From: Synechococcus sp.
Lineage (GTDB): Bacteria > Cyanobacteriota > Cyanobacteriia > PCC-6307 > Cyanobiaceae
Assembly (NCBI GenBank): GCA_047284725.1
Contig: JBJBEO010000001.1
Location: forward strand, 160,001 to 224,000
Reading direction: 5' to 3'
DNA length: 64,000 nucleotides
Shown here: positions 10,531 to 19,838 of the stretch, piece after piece
Position numbering within the stretch: position 1 is the stretch's first letter
Layout of the letters: the number at the start of each line of letters is the position of its first letter
Made by a program: the position numbers and the translations under genes
The notes under the pieces: generated by a model
What the model was told of the DNA's origin: nothing
Seen by the model: only the letters and a program-made list of their open reading frames with translations
Database searches by the model: none

Positions 10531-10951
10531 GGCTTCATCGATCTCTGGATCCTGATGTCTGTCGCGACTGTTGGCAGGCTTTGTCATCTCGCCGACATGC
10601 ACCTTGCATTTGAGCGGGCGCCAGGCCATTGGAGAGACATCAGCTTGACGTTCAGCCGCTAAAAAGCGTTATGGAGAGGATGCACAGCAGGGTCATCACT
10701 ATGAATCCCGGGGTTAGGGAAAAAATTGTTTGTTGCCAGCAGAGGTGACTGGTTGTCCATGCTTCTCGCAATGCATGGATGACCTCGAAAGCAAAGATGG
10801 CGAGCAAGGTGATCGGAATGATTCGCCTCCCTGCTGATGGGCATCATCCTTTTCACGCTTTGGTTGTATTGAGTATTGTAATTATTATTCTGAAGCTTGT
10901 TTTAAGGCAGTTGCTTCTCGTTTAAGCTGCCAAAGTTTTGCGATTTTTCTT

Positions 10952-11635
10952 TTGACTGCTTCTGCGGAACCGCGGGCCACGCTGAACGCGGCCTGGACTG
11001 ACACCCTGGCCCACGTGCCAACGCTTCTTCTGACCTGGCTGTGCGCGATCGTCGTCTATGTCGTCACCGTCTTGATCGGCTTCGTGATCAGCCTTGTTTT
11101 TGGTGCAGTTGGTGACGGGTCCGAGTCTGCGGAGTTGATTGGAGCATTCGTCAGCAGTTTCGCTCAGCTGCCTTTTCTGATTGTTCAAAATCTGATCGGT
11201 GTCATGTTCACCGCCATCCCTGCAGTCTTTTATTCAAAGGGTCAGGTGGTGTCGTTCTCGGATGCTTATGCGCTTTTGATGAAGCGACTTGGTCGGTATG
11301 TGCTGGCTGGTGTTCTTTATTCTGTGGTTGCAACAGTGGGATTCGTTCTCTGTGTGGTTCCCGGAATTGCTGTCGTCACGGTGTTGCCCATTTATGTGAA
11401 TAAGGTTTTCACGACTGATGATGATGTGATCACCTGCTTTACATCTTCGTTCTCGGCTGCATTCGGTTCGCAGAAGGGGTGGGGGTTTGTTGGTATTCAG
11501 GCGCTTTCGATTGTGCTTGCAATCGTAACCTGTGGTTTCTGCTTGGTTGGTTTGATTGTTTATGTGCCAGTGGTCACCTTTTTCTTGCAGAAATACATCG
11601 TGGTGAATGGTTTGGTGCGGCGAGCTGCAGCCTGA
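10952..11635 (+). CDS. Uncharacterised polytopic membrane protein (DUF975/YciC-like topology, tentative)
   Basis: 227-aa ORF from TTG with about 5-6 hydrophobic segments and GFVLCVVPG / VTCGFCLVG motifs; followed by a terminator. Confidence 0.7.
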   Translation: MTASAEPRATLNAAWTDTLAHVPTLLLTWLCAIVVYVVTVLIGFVISLVFGAVGDGSESAELIGAFVSSFAQLPFLIVQNLIGVMFTAIPAVFYSKGQVVSFSDAYALLMKRLGRYVLAGVLYSVVATVGFVLCVVPGIAVVTVLPIYVNKVFTTDDDVITCFTSSFSAAFGSQKGWGFVGIQALSIVLAIVTCGFCLVGLIVYVPVVTFFLQKYIVVNGLVRRAAA

Positions 11636-11644
11636 GTTGAGTCG

Positions 11645-11676
11645 CCCCTGGTGTGTTCATCGCATCAGGGGTTTTT
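11645..11676 (+). terminator. Rho-independent terminator
   Basis: CCCCTGGTGTG-TTCAT-CGCATCAGGGG forms an 11-bp stem (2 G-U pairs) followed by TTTTT, about 10 nt after the stop at 11635. Confidence 0.8.
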
Positions 11677-11693
11677 GATGGGCGATGGCCTGG

Positions 11694-12104
11694 TTAAGCG
11701 GCCGGGAAGTTCCACACACCTTCAGTGGGGATGGCATAGGTGAGCACCACTCTGAGCAGCCAATAGCTGAACAGTGCCGAGGCGCCGATGGGGATCCAGG
11801 CCAGGGAGAGGTCTCTGGGAAACAGGCGTTTGGTGCGCAGCGACTGGATGCTCCAGGCCACAGCCAGGGCTGCGGTGAGCGGACCGAAGGCATGCAGCTC
11901 GATGGATCCACTCAGGTTGCCCGTCAGGGCGGCCGCTGTTGCGCGGGTGAGAAAGCAGCCAGGGCAGGGAACGCCGGTGAGAGCACGGAACGGGCAGGAA
12001 AGACCTGGGATCCCGGGGTGCAATCCCTTCACCACCAGGTAACTGGTGGCAGCAGTCGGCACCAGATAACCAGCGTGTCTGAGCCGTCTGAGCCAGGTGT
12101 TCAT
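11694..12104 (-). CDS. DUF2752 domain membrane protein
   Basis: SCPFRALTGVPCPGCFLTRA Cys motif followed by TM segments. Confidence 0.85.
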   Translation of the reverse strand: MNTWLRRLRHAGYLVPTAATSYLVVKGLHPGIPGLSCPFRALTGVPCPGCFLTRATAAALTGNLSGSIELHAFGPLTAALAVAWSIQSLRTKRLFPRDLSLAWIPIGASALFSYWLLRVVLTYAIPTEGVWNFPAA

Positions 12105-12116
12105 GCCGTGGATGGA

Positions 12117-13301
12117 TCAGCGATCAACCGAGCCCATGATCACGTCAATGGAGCCCAGAATGGCCATGATGTCGGCCACCTTGTGGCCCTTGAGGATGTG
12201 GGGAAGGATCTGCAGGTTGTTGCTGTCGGCAGCGCGGATCTTGAAGCGCCAAGGGGTGACATCGTTGTTGCCCTGGATGAACACGCCGATCTCGCCTTTC
12301 CCGGATTCCAGTCGGGTGTAGAGCTCGCCGTCGGGAATCTTGAACGTGGGGGCAACTTTTTTGGCCACGTATTGGTAATCGAAACCGGCAAATTCGCTTT
12401 TCTTGCCTTCTGCCATGCGTTTGGCATCGAGATTCTCGGTGGGGCCGCCAGGAATCATGTCGCAGGCCTGACGCAGAATCTTGAGTGACTGACGCATCTC
12501 TTCGATGCGAACGCGGTAGCGGGCAAAGCAGTCGCCCTCTTTTTCCCACGCCACACGCCAATCGAAGTCGTCGTAGCACTCGTAATGATCCACTTTGCGT
12601 AGATCCCAGGGCACGCCGGACGCACGAAGCATGGGACCCGACAGGCTCCAGTTGATCGCCTCATCTCGGCTGATCGTGCCCAACCCTTCGATCCGGCGGC
12701 GGAAGATCGGGTTGTTGGTGATCAGCTTTTCGTACTCGTCGATCTTGGGCCCGAACCAATCACAGAAGTCGCGGCATTTCTCAAGCCAGCCGAAGGGCAG
12801 GTCGGCGGCGACGCCGCCGATGCGGAAATAGTTGTTGTTGATCAGGCGCTGACCTGTGGCGGCCTCCCACAGGTCGTAGATCATTTCCCGTTCCCGGAAG
12901 ATGTAAAAGAACGGTGTCTGGGCTCCCACATCCGCCAGGAAAGGGCCAAGCCAGAGCAGGTGGTTGGCAATGCGGTTCAGCTCCAGCATCAGCACGCGGA
13001 TGTAGCTGGCGCGCTTCGGCACTGGAATATCGGCCAGTCGCTCAGGGGCATTGACGACGATCGCCTCGTAAAACATGCCCGCCGCGTAGTCCATGCGGCT
13101 CACATAGGGCACGAACATCACGTTCGTGCGGTTCTCTGCGATCTTCTCCATGCCGCGGTGGAGATAGCCGATCACCGGCTCGCAATCCACCACGTCTTCA
13201 CCGTCGAGGGTCACCACCAGCCGCAACACCCCATGCATCGAGGGGTGGTGGGGGCCGAAGTTGACCACCATCGGCTCCGTGCGCGTTTCGAGCTGCGTCA
13301 T
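12117..13301 (-). CDS. ndhH: NAD(P)H-quinone oxidoreductase subunit H
   Basis: [28 protein letters not shown]...[12 protein letters not shown], 394 aa. Confidence 0.98.
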   Translation of the reverse strand: MTQLETRTEPMVVNFGPHHPSMHGVLRLVVTLDGEDVVDCEPVIGYLHRGMEKIAENRTNVMFVPYVSRMDYAAGMFYEAIVVNAPERLADIPVPKRASYIRVLMLELNRIANHLLWLGPFLADVGAQTPFFYIFREREMIYDLWEAATGQRLINNNYFRIGGVAADLPFGWLEKCRDFCDWFGPKIDEYEKLITNNPIFRRRIEGLGTISRDEAINWSLSGPMLRASGVPWDLRKVDHYECYDDFDWRVAWEKEGDCFARYRVRIEEMRQSLKILRQACDMIPGGPTENLDAKRMAEGKKSEFAGFDYQYVAKKVAPTFKIPDGELYTRLESGKGEIGVFIQGNNDVTPWRFKIRAADSNNLQILPHILKGHKVADIMAILGSIDVIMGSVDR

Positions 13302-13345
13302 GGGGCCGTGGCATTGCATTCGCTTCGGGATCTTAGGAAGGACCC

Positions 13346-14263
13346 ATGCCCGATCAGCCTCAACCCACCACAGATGACTTCGTTCATGTGCCGGTGCTGG
13401 CGGAGCCGTTGCTGACAGCCCTGGCGGAGAGCCCCGATTCCCCCTGGCAGAACGGCACCTTGATCGACGCGACCCTAGGGGGTGCGGGACACAGCGCCTT
13501 GCTGCTGGATCGTTATCCCGGGATGCAGCTGATCGGTCTTGATCAAGATCCCACCGCTCGGCTGGCGGCAGCACAACGGCTGCAGCGCTTTGCTGACCGG
13601 GCTCGCATCGTGGCCACGAATTTCGCGCTGTTTCAGCCGGAACAGCCGGTGGATCTGGTGCTCGCCGATCTGGGTGTCAGCAGTCCTCAGCTGGATGTAG
13701 CAGCGCGGGGGTTCAGTTTTCGCCTGGATGGTCCCCTGGACATGCGCATGAATCCGCAGGGGGGTGGGGAAACCGCTGCAGAGCTGATCGATCGACTTGA
13801 GGAGTCGGCGTTGGCTGATCTGATCTATGCCTACGGCGAGGAGCGGCTGTCGCGGCGGATCGCCCGTCGGCTCAAGGCGGATCTCGAGCAGAACGGGGCC
13901 TACAGCGGCACGGCTGCCCTGGCCTATGCCGTGGCTGGTTGTTATCCCCCCAAGGCACGTCGCGGCCGTATTCATCCCGCCACGCGCACATTTCAGGCTC
14001 TGCGCATCGCCGTCAACGACGAACTGGGGGTCCTGGATCGCCTGCTTCAGCAGGCTCCGGATTGGCTGAATCCCGGTGGTGTGCTGGCGATCATCAGCTT
14101 CCATTCCCTCGAAGACCGGCGCGTGAAGACCGCGTTTCTCCAAGACGAACGCCTGCAGCGGATCACCCGGAAGCCGTTGCAGGCCGAGGAGGCGGAGCAA
14201 GAGGCGAATCCCCGCAGCCGCAGCGCCAAGCTGCGGTTGGCACGCCGTCGCGGCGGCGATTGA
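13346..14263 (+). CDS. rsmH: 16S rRNA m4C1402 methyltransferase
   Basis: [37 protein letters not shown] and [10 protein letters not shown] motifs. Confidence 0.97.
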   Translation: MPDQPQPTTDDFVHVPVLAEPLLTALAESPDSPWQNGTLIDATLGGAGHSALLLDRYPGMQLIGLDQDPTARLAAAQRLQRFADRARIVATNFALFQPEQPVDLVLADLGVSSPQLDVAARGFSFRLDGPLDMRMNPQGGGETAAELIDRLEESALADLIYAYGEERLSRRIARRLKADLEQNGAYSGTAALAYAVAGCYPPKARRGRIHPATRTFQALRIAVNDELGVLDRLLQQAPDWLNPGGVLAIISFHSLEDRRVKTAFLQDERLQRITRKPLQAEEAEQEANPRSRSAKLRLARRRGGD

Positions 14264-14272
14264 TTCACCGCT

Positions 14273-15457
14273 TCAGCGTCCTGAGCGCAACCGTTGAACC
14301 ACCTCGCTGAGCCCGGAGATCGCCTGCTCGATGTCGTCGGCGGTGGTGGTGCGGCCAAGGCTCAGACGGAGGGATGCACTGGCTTCCTCGCGGCTGCGGC
14401 CGATCGCCCGGAGCACATGGGAGGGTTGGCCGGCACTGCAGGCGGAGCCACTGCTGCACTGCAGTGTGGAGCGCAGCCTCTGGTGCAGTGCGGCGCCGTT
14501 CACGTCGGCAATGGTGATATTGAGGTTGTGCGGCAGGCGCGGGGTGAGGGCCCCATTCAGCGTCAGTCCCGGCAGAGCGCTCTGCAGGCCCAGCCACAAG
14601 CGATCGCGCAGGCGCTGCAGCTGCGGGGCGGTGGTCTGTTGGTGCTCCACGGCCAGTTCAGCGGCGCGGGCCAGCCCAATGATCAACGGCACCGGCAGGG
14701 TGCCGGGGCGCAGGCCCTGTTCCTGGCGGCCCCCGAACTGGAGGGGTTGGATGGCCAGGTCCTTCCTCAGCACCAGGGCGCCGATGCCCTTCGGGCCGTA
14801 GAGCTTGTGGCCGCTGATGCTGGCGAGATCCAGTGGAAGGCAGTCGGCCTTGAAGGGGATGTGTCCGAAGGCCTGGGCGGCGTCGCTGTGCAGGGTCACC
14901 CCCCGATCCCTGCAGACAGCGCCGATCTGCGCCAGCGGCTGCAGAACGCCGATCTCATTGTTGGCCGCCATCACGCTCACCAGCAACGTGTCGGGTTGGA
15001 ACGCGTCCTCGAGTTCCCCCACGTCGATCAGGCCATCACGCGATGGGTTCAGCAGGGTGAGTCGAAATCCTTCGCGGCGCAGTTGCTGCAGTGGATCGAG
15101 CACCGCATGGTGTTCGGTGCTGATGCTGATCACATGGCCTGGACGCCCCTTGTGTTCAGCCATGGCCCTGGCATGGCCGAGCAAGGCCAGATTGTTGGCT
15201 TCCGTGGCGCCACTGGTGAAGATCAACTGGTCCGCCGCGACCCCGAGGCAGGCGGCGAGTCGGTCGCGGGCATCACTCACCGCCGCAGAGGCCGTGAGGC
15301 CGAGCCGGTGCTGCCGGCTGGAGGGGTTCCCCCACTGCAACCGCCACCAGGGCTCCATCGCTGCGATCACCTCCTCCGCACAGGGGGTTGTGGCCTGGAA
15401 GTCGAGGGCCAGGGGGCCGGCGCGCCTGGCGTGCCCATGGGCGGACTTTGGCAGCAT
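14273..15457 (-). CDS. iscS: Class I cysteine desulfurase (IscS/NifS family)
   Basis: LDFQATTP, GNPSS, FTSGATEANN, SGHKLYGPKG (PLP Lys) and SSGSACS (catalytic Cys). Confidence 0.9.
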   Translation of the reverse strand: MLPKSAHGHARRAGPLALDFQATTPCAEEVIAAMEPWWRLQWGNPSSRQHRLGLTASAAVSDARDRLAACLGVAADQLIFTSGATEANNLALLGHARAMAEHKGRPGHVISISTEHHAVLDPLQQLRREGFRLTLLNPSRDGLIDVGELEDAFQPDTLLVSVMAANNEIGVLQPLAQIGAVCRDRGVTLHSDAAQAFGHIPFKADCLPLDLASISGHKLYGPKGIGALVLRKDLAIQPLQFGGRQEQGLRPGTLPVPLIIGLARAAELAVEHQQTTAPQLQRLRDRLWLGLQSALPGLTLNGALTPRLPHNLNITIADVNGAALHQRLRSTLQCSSGSACSAGQPSHVLRAIGRSREEASASLRLSLGRTTTADDIEQAISGLSEVVQRLRSGR

Positions 15458-15481
15458 GGTCAGACTTCAGCTCCCGACGTG

Positions 15482-15994
15482 ATGCAGGCTGCACAACGCT
15501 TCCTCAGTCTGCTGCTTCTTTCGGCAGGTGTGCTCTCGGCGCAGGCTGCTGCCGCCATGGATCGCACTGAATTGCTCAACCAGATGAAGCGCATGCGTCC
15601 CCAGTCGATGGCGATCCTGGAGACCCGCCAGGTGGATGGTGGTACGTACACCCTCGGCTTGTTTGCTCTGTCAGGCGATCAGGCGGATCCGGACCTACGC
15701 CGTTACAAACTCTGGAAGGAATACCCCGCCGATCTGGTGGTGCCCACCGAGTCGGTGAACTGCAGCACGGAGGGTCCCCTGCGCGCGACCCGGGATGACC
15801 GGGCGATTTACGTGCGGCGTCTGAATCCAGGCGGGACGGTCACGGCGGCCAATCGGGAAGATCATCTGGTGTGGTGGGCTGCCTGTGCACCGGATCAGGC
15901 GGGTGTTGACCCCGCCACGTTGAAGGCCAAAGCGCTGGAGCTCGGCTATTCGACCCTTTTGACGGAGTCAACGGAAATCCTGCGCTTGCCCTGA
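15482..15994 (+). CDS. Hypothetical exported protein
   Basis: Sec-type signal MQAAQRFLSLLLLSAGVLSAQAAAA; mature part has VNCS...LNPGG...DHLVWWAAC. Confidence 0.7.
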   Translation: MQAAQRFLSLLLLSAGVLSAQAAAAMDRTELLNQMKRMRPQSMAILETRQVDGGTYTLGLFALSGDQADPDLRRYKLWKEYPADLVVPTESVNCSTEGPLRATRDDRAIYVRRLNPGGTVTAANREDHLVWWAACAPDQAGVDPATLKAKALELGYSTLLTESTEILRLP

Positions 15995-16035
15995 CGGACA
16001 CCACTCCTAGATTCCGTTCAGATCGCGACAGGGCC

Positions 16036-16785
16036 ATGACTTCCACCCCACCTGTGGATGCAGACCCCAACTCCGCTGCCGACGCGAGCCATCCGGCACC
16101 TCGGCTGCTGCTCGTCGACGATGAGCCAGGTCTGCGCACGGCGGTGCAGGCCTATCTCGAAGACGAAGGGTTTCAGGTGACCACGGCGGTGGATGGGCTG
16201 GATGGCTGGGAAAAGGCTCAGCAGCAGATGCCCGATCTGGTGATCAGCGACGTGATGATGCCCCGCTGCGATGGCTACGGGTTGCTTGAGAAGTTGCGGG
16301 CGGATGAACGCCTCGGGGGCACCCCGGTGATCTTTCTCACCGCCAAGGGCATGACGGCCGATCGCACCCAGGGCTATCTCGCCGGGGTCGACGATTACAT
16401 CCCCAAACCCTTTGACCCCGATGAGCTGGTGGCTCGGGTGCGCAATGTGGTGCGCCGCCAGGATCGCCTGCTCACCGAAGCCGCCCGTTTTGCGGATGCT
16501 GATGTGGGACAGATGGCCCGCCAGATCAGTGAGATCCGTTCGATGCTGTCGGGCAGTGGCGACGCGGCCGCCGCGCCGGACACCCCTCAGCTCAGTTTCA
16601 CGCCGCGGGAAGCGAGTGTGCTTCAGCTGGTGGCGGAAGGGTTGATGAACAAGGAAATCGCCCGCCAGCTGGAAACCTCCATCCGCAACGTGGAGAAATA
16701 CGTGAGCCGCCTGTTCATCAAGACCGGCACCTCCAGCCGCACGGAATTGGTGCGGTTTGCCTTGCAGCATCATCTGGTGGAGTAA
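16036..16785 (+). CDS. ycf29: NarL/LuxR-family response regulator (Ycf29/Rre1-like)
   Basis: Receiver domain (LLVDDEPG, SDVMMP, FLTAKG, KPF) plus LuxR HTH (REASVLQLVAEGLMNKEIA...SIRNVEKYVSRL). Confidence 0.88.
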   Translation: MTSTPPVDADPNSAADASHPAPRLLLVDDEPGLRTAVQAYLEDEGFQVTTAVDGLDGWEKAQQQMPDLVISDVMMPRCDGYGLLEKLRADERLGGTPVIFLTAKGMTADRTQGYLAGVDDYIPKPFDPDELVARVRNVVRRQDRLLTEAARFADADVGQMARQISEIRSMLSGSGDAAAAPDTPQLSFTPREASVLQLVAEGLMNKEIARQLETSIRNVEKYVSRLFIKTGTSSRTELVRFALQHHLVE

Positions 16786-16787
16786 CG

Positions 16788-17777
16788 ATGGCGCCGATGG
16801 ATGCGGTGCCAGCCGGATGGCGTCCGGCGGCCTTCAACCAGGGCTGGACCTATCACGATCAGATCCGCGCCGATGAGGGGGGCCAGTGGCTCACGCAGCT
16901 GATGAGTCGCCGCCATCCCCATTCCACTGCGGCGCAATGGCAACAGCGTTTGGAGGCTGGCCAGCTGCTGCGTAACGGCCTCCGCTTGGGCGGTGATGTG
17001 CAGCTCGCGCGCGGTGATCGCATCAGCTGGGAGCGTCCCCCATGGCGCGAGGCAGCCGTACCGGATCGGTGGCAGGTGATCCTGGATGATGGCGACCTGT
17101 TGGTGCTCAACAAACCCTCAGGACTGCCGGTGATGCCAGGTGGTGGCTTTCTTCAGCACACCCTCGCGTCTCTGCTGGAGCAGCGCAGCCGGGCGGCGGG
17201 AGAGGGGCAGGCTCCAAAGCCGATTCATCGTCTTGGTCGCTTCACCTCGGGGTTGCAGGTGTGCGCGCGGCGTCCACAGACTCGCGCTCGTCTGTCCCGT
17301 GCGTTCACCCCTGCGGGCGGGTGCAGCAAGCTTTATCAGGCCTGGAGCCATCGCGTTGAGGCGTTGGTGTCGGGACGCCCCCTTGTGGTGCAGACCGATG
17401 TCGTGGAACGGTCCCATCCTTTGCTCGGGTGGATCTGGGGGCCGGAACCCGCCGGGGACGAGCCGGTGCGACGACGGCTCACGGCTCGCTCGGAGCTCAG
17501 CCTGTTGTCCCGCCGTTCCCATGGGGATCTCCTCCAGGTGGCGATCACCACCGGTCGTCCCCATCAGATCCGCATCCATCTCGCCCAGTTGGGCTGTCCA
17601 CTGCTGAGCGATCCGCTGTATCGCGCTGACCGGGGGCTGCAGCCGCAGGCCACGCCAGGTGACGGTGGCTACCACTTGCATGCCTGGCGGTTGCAGGGAC
17701 TGCCTGGACCGGGCGATCGCACCTTGCGGCTGGAAGCCCCGCCCCCTGACGCCTTTGGTCGGCGGTTAGGAGGCTGA
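16788..17777 (+). CDS. RluA-family pseudouridine synthase
   Basis: NKPSGL, HRLGRFTSG and TGRPHQIRIHLA motifs; N-terminal S4-like region. Confidence 0.85.
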   Translation: MAPMDAVPAGWRPAAFNQGWTYHDQIRADEGGQWLTQLMSRRHPHSTAAQWQQRLEAGQLLRNGLRLGGDVQLARGDRISWERPPWREAAVPDRWQVILDDGDLLVLNKPSGLPVMPGGGFLQHTLASLLEQRSRAAGEGQAPKPIHRLGRFTSGLQVCARRPQTRARLSRAFTPAGGCSKLYQAWSHRVEALVSGRPLVVQTDVVERSHPLLGWIWGPEPAGDEPVRRRLTARSELSLLSRRSHGDLLQVAITTGRPHQIRIHLAQLGCPLLSDPLYRADRGLQPQATPGDGGYHLHAWRLQGLPGPGDRTLRLEAPPPDAFGRRLGG

Positions 17778-18536
17778 CGTCCGCAGGGCCGCAAGCACCA
17801 GCGCCAGGGTGAGACCGCTGAGCCCGCAGCTGCCCAGCGTCCAGCGCCTCTGCCAGCGACGCAGGCTGCTGCTGAAGGCTTCCTCGCTGCCCCGTTTGAC
17901 CACAAACAGTCCGCTGCTCGGCGGGGCTTCCAATTGCAGGGAACCACCTGCATCACTGCAGCTGGCCACCACGAAGACCTGGCTTTGAGGGCGAAGGATC
18001 GCCTCTTCGCGGCGAATGCCGATCACGCGCCTGCCATGGCTGCCGTTGTGGTTCGGGGGGTTTACCTCAGACAACACGGTTTCCAGATCCAGGTCCGCTC
18101 CTTGGGGATTCACGCTGATGCCCTGGTTCCCCTGCTCGAGCTCGAAGCGACAGTGCTGCTGATCACGATTGAGCACTTCGTCGCGGCGTTCCCAGGTCCA
18201 TTCCGTTTGTTGCTCGCCATCGCTGTCGGTTGTGGTGGTTTGCTTCTGCACCTCCACCAGTGCAGTGGTTGTGGCGCAGAACGCCACGCAGCTCTGGCCT
18301 GTCCAGGGCGAGGTGAGGGGGGCTCCACAACGGATGGTGCCGCTCAGCTTCACCACATCTCGGAAGGCTCCAGCCCCCAGCTCGTTCACGACCGTTGCGT
18401 GAACATCGATCAACGCGTTCACGCTTGTCGCCCTGGCCTGGAGCAGCTGGGAGAGCTTGCGGGCCTGCTGGCGCCGTCCCAGGCCACAGCCCACGGCTGC
18501 CAAGGCGCTCACCAGAGCTGCAATCCACCATCCCAT
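17766..18536 (-). CDS. GIDE-domain (MUL1/SP1-like) membrane protein, no RING domain
   Basis: TM helices at both termini flank VKLSGTIRCGAPLTSPWTGQSCV...FELE...ISVNPQGA...REEAILRPQSQVFVV, which resembles the GIDE domain. Confidence 0.7.
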   Translation of the reverse strand: MGWWIAALVSALAAVGCGLGRRQQARKLSQLLQARATSVNALIDVHATVVNELGAGAFRDVVKLSGTIRCGAPLTSPWTGQSCVAFCATTTALVEVQKQTTTTDSDGEQQTEWTWERRDEVLNRDQQHCRFELEQGNQGISVNPQGADLDLETVLSEVNPPNHNGSHGRRVIGIRREEAILRPQSQVFVVASCSDAGGSLQLEAPPSSGLFVVKRGSEEAFSSSLRRWQRRWTLGSCGLSGLTLALVLAALRTSAS

Positions 18537-18671
18537 CGCTCAGAACGCCTCGACGTCACCTCAAGCTTTTCAGGTTGTTCGGTCTTGGCTCGGGCCTGCG
18601 CTTTTCCTCCCCTTGTTCTTCCTCCGTCGGCTGCCTAGAACAAATCCAAGCCTGGTTCGCTGCTCATCTCC

Positions 18672-19838
18672 ATGCCTGATTCAGCCCCGGCTTGGCTGCT
18701 TCACCTGCGGCGATGGCAAGACGCGGGTCTGCTTGATGACGCTGTGGCCACGTCAATCGTGGCCTGGGAACAGCAGCACTGTGAGGGCCCTTCGGCTGAA
18801 CCACAGCCTGCGCTGACCTGGCCAGTGCGGCTGTTGGTTCTGGTGGGCGCCCTGCTTCTTGCCGCCGGCGTGCTGTTGTTTGTCGCGGCCCATTGGGATC
18901 AGCTGTCACCCCTCAGTCGCTTTGGCCTGGTCTGGCTGTGCACCGTGGCGATGCATCTCGGAGGCCACTGGTTTTCTCGGCGTCTGCCGGTGATGTCCAA
19001 GGGCCTGCATGCGGTCGGGACCGTCAGCCTCGGGGCGGGAGTGTTCCTCTGCGCGCAGATTTTTCACCTCGAGGTCAGCTGGTCGCTCCGTTGGGGTCTG
19101 TTGCTGTGGTCACTGGCGGCGGCGGCCGGCTGGTGGCTGCTGCGTCAGGGGCCGCAGCTGGTGCTGCTCAGTTTGCTGTTGCCCGGATGGCTGGGGGTGC
19201 TGCTGGCCCTGGAGCTGGAGCGGTTTGATCCGGCGTTGAACACCTCGGTGTGGTTGCCTTGGTTGGTGGGCAGTGTGCTGTTGGCCCTCACCTATTTCAC
19301 GGCGCCCATGCGACCTGTGGCCAGCCCCTCCCAGCGCGTGTTGCTGTGGGTGGGCGGTCTTCTGTTGCCTCCGGGACTGATCCTGTTGTTGTTCACGGCG
19401 TCCTCCACAGCGCCACTGCCATGGCCGACCGGCTGGCCCATGCTGCTGGCCTGGGGGCTCATGCTGGGTCTGCCCATGCTGCTGGCCTGGCTGTTGCGCC
19501 GCCATCGCGCCTGGCCGTTGGCCCTGGCACTGGTGTGGATTCTCGTGGCCCTGCAGGTGCAGGGGCCGACGCTCACAGCACTCTTTTTTCTGTGGTGGGG
19601 GCTTGGTGCCATCGGTCTGATGGCGTGGGGAACGGTCGAAGCCCGTGCCGAAAGGATCAATGCCGGCACGGCCTTGTTCGCCATCACCTTGATCGGCTTT
19701 TACATCGCTGAAGTGATGGGTCGCCTGGAGCGCTCGTTGAGCCTGCTCGGGTTGGGGTTGTTGTTTCTGGCGGGGGGATGGGGGTTGAACCGTCTGCGTC
19801 GATCGCTTCTGCCCGTTCGGGAGGTCAGGCCCCAATGA
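18672..19838 (+). CDS. DUF2157 polytopic membrane protein
   Basis: LRRWQDAGLLD, VGALLLAAGVLLFVAAHWDQLS and AQIFHL motifs; many TM segments. Confidence 0.85.
   Translation: MPDSAPAWLLHLRRWQDAGLLDDAVATSIVAWEQQHCEGPSAEPQPALTWPVRLLVLVGALLLAAGVLLFVAAHWDQLSPLSRFGLVWLCTVAMHLGGHWFSRRLPVMSKGLHAVGTVSLGAGVFLCAQIFHLEVSWSLRWGLLLWSLAAAAGWWLLRQGPQLVLLSLLLPGWLGVLLALELERFDPALNTSVWLPWLVGSVLLALTYFTAPMRPVASPSQRVLLWVGGLLLPPGLILLLFTASSTAPLPWPTGWPMLLAWGLMLGLPMLLAWLLRRHRAWPLALALVWILVALQVQGPTLTALFFLWWGLGAIGLMAWGTVEARAERINAGTALFAITLIGFYIAEVMGRLERSLSLLGLGLLFLAGGWGLNRLRRSLLPVREVRPQ

Noticed and set aside
10659..10856. 65-aa minus-strand ORF upstream of the amidase
   Set aside because: No motif, SD or convincing composition; more likely non-coding.
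8836..11693. Mobile element or prophage boundaries around the amidase patch
   Set aside because: No integrase, transposase, tRNA, or terminal direct or inverted repeats were found by eye.
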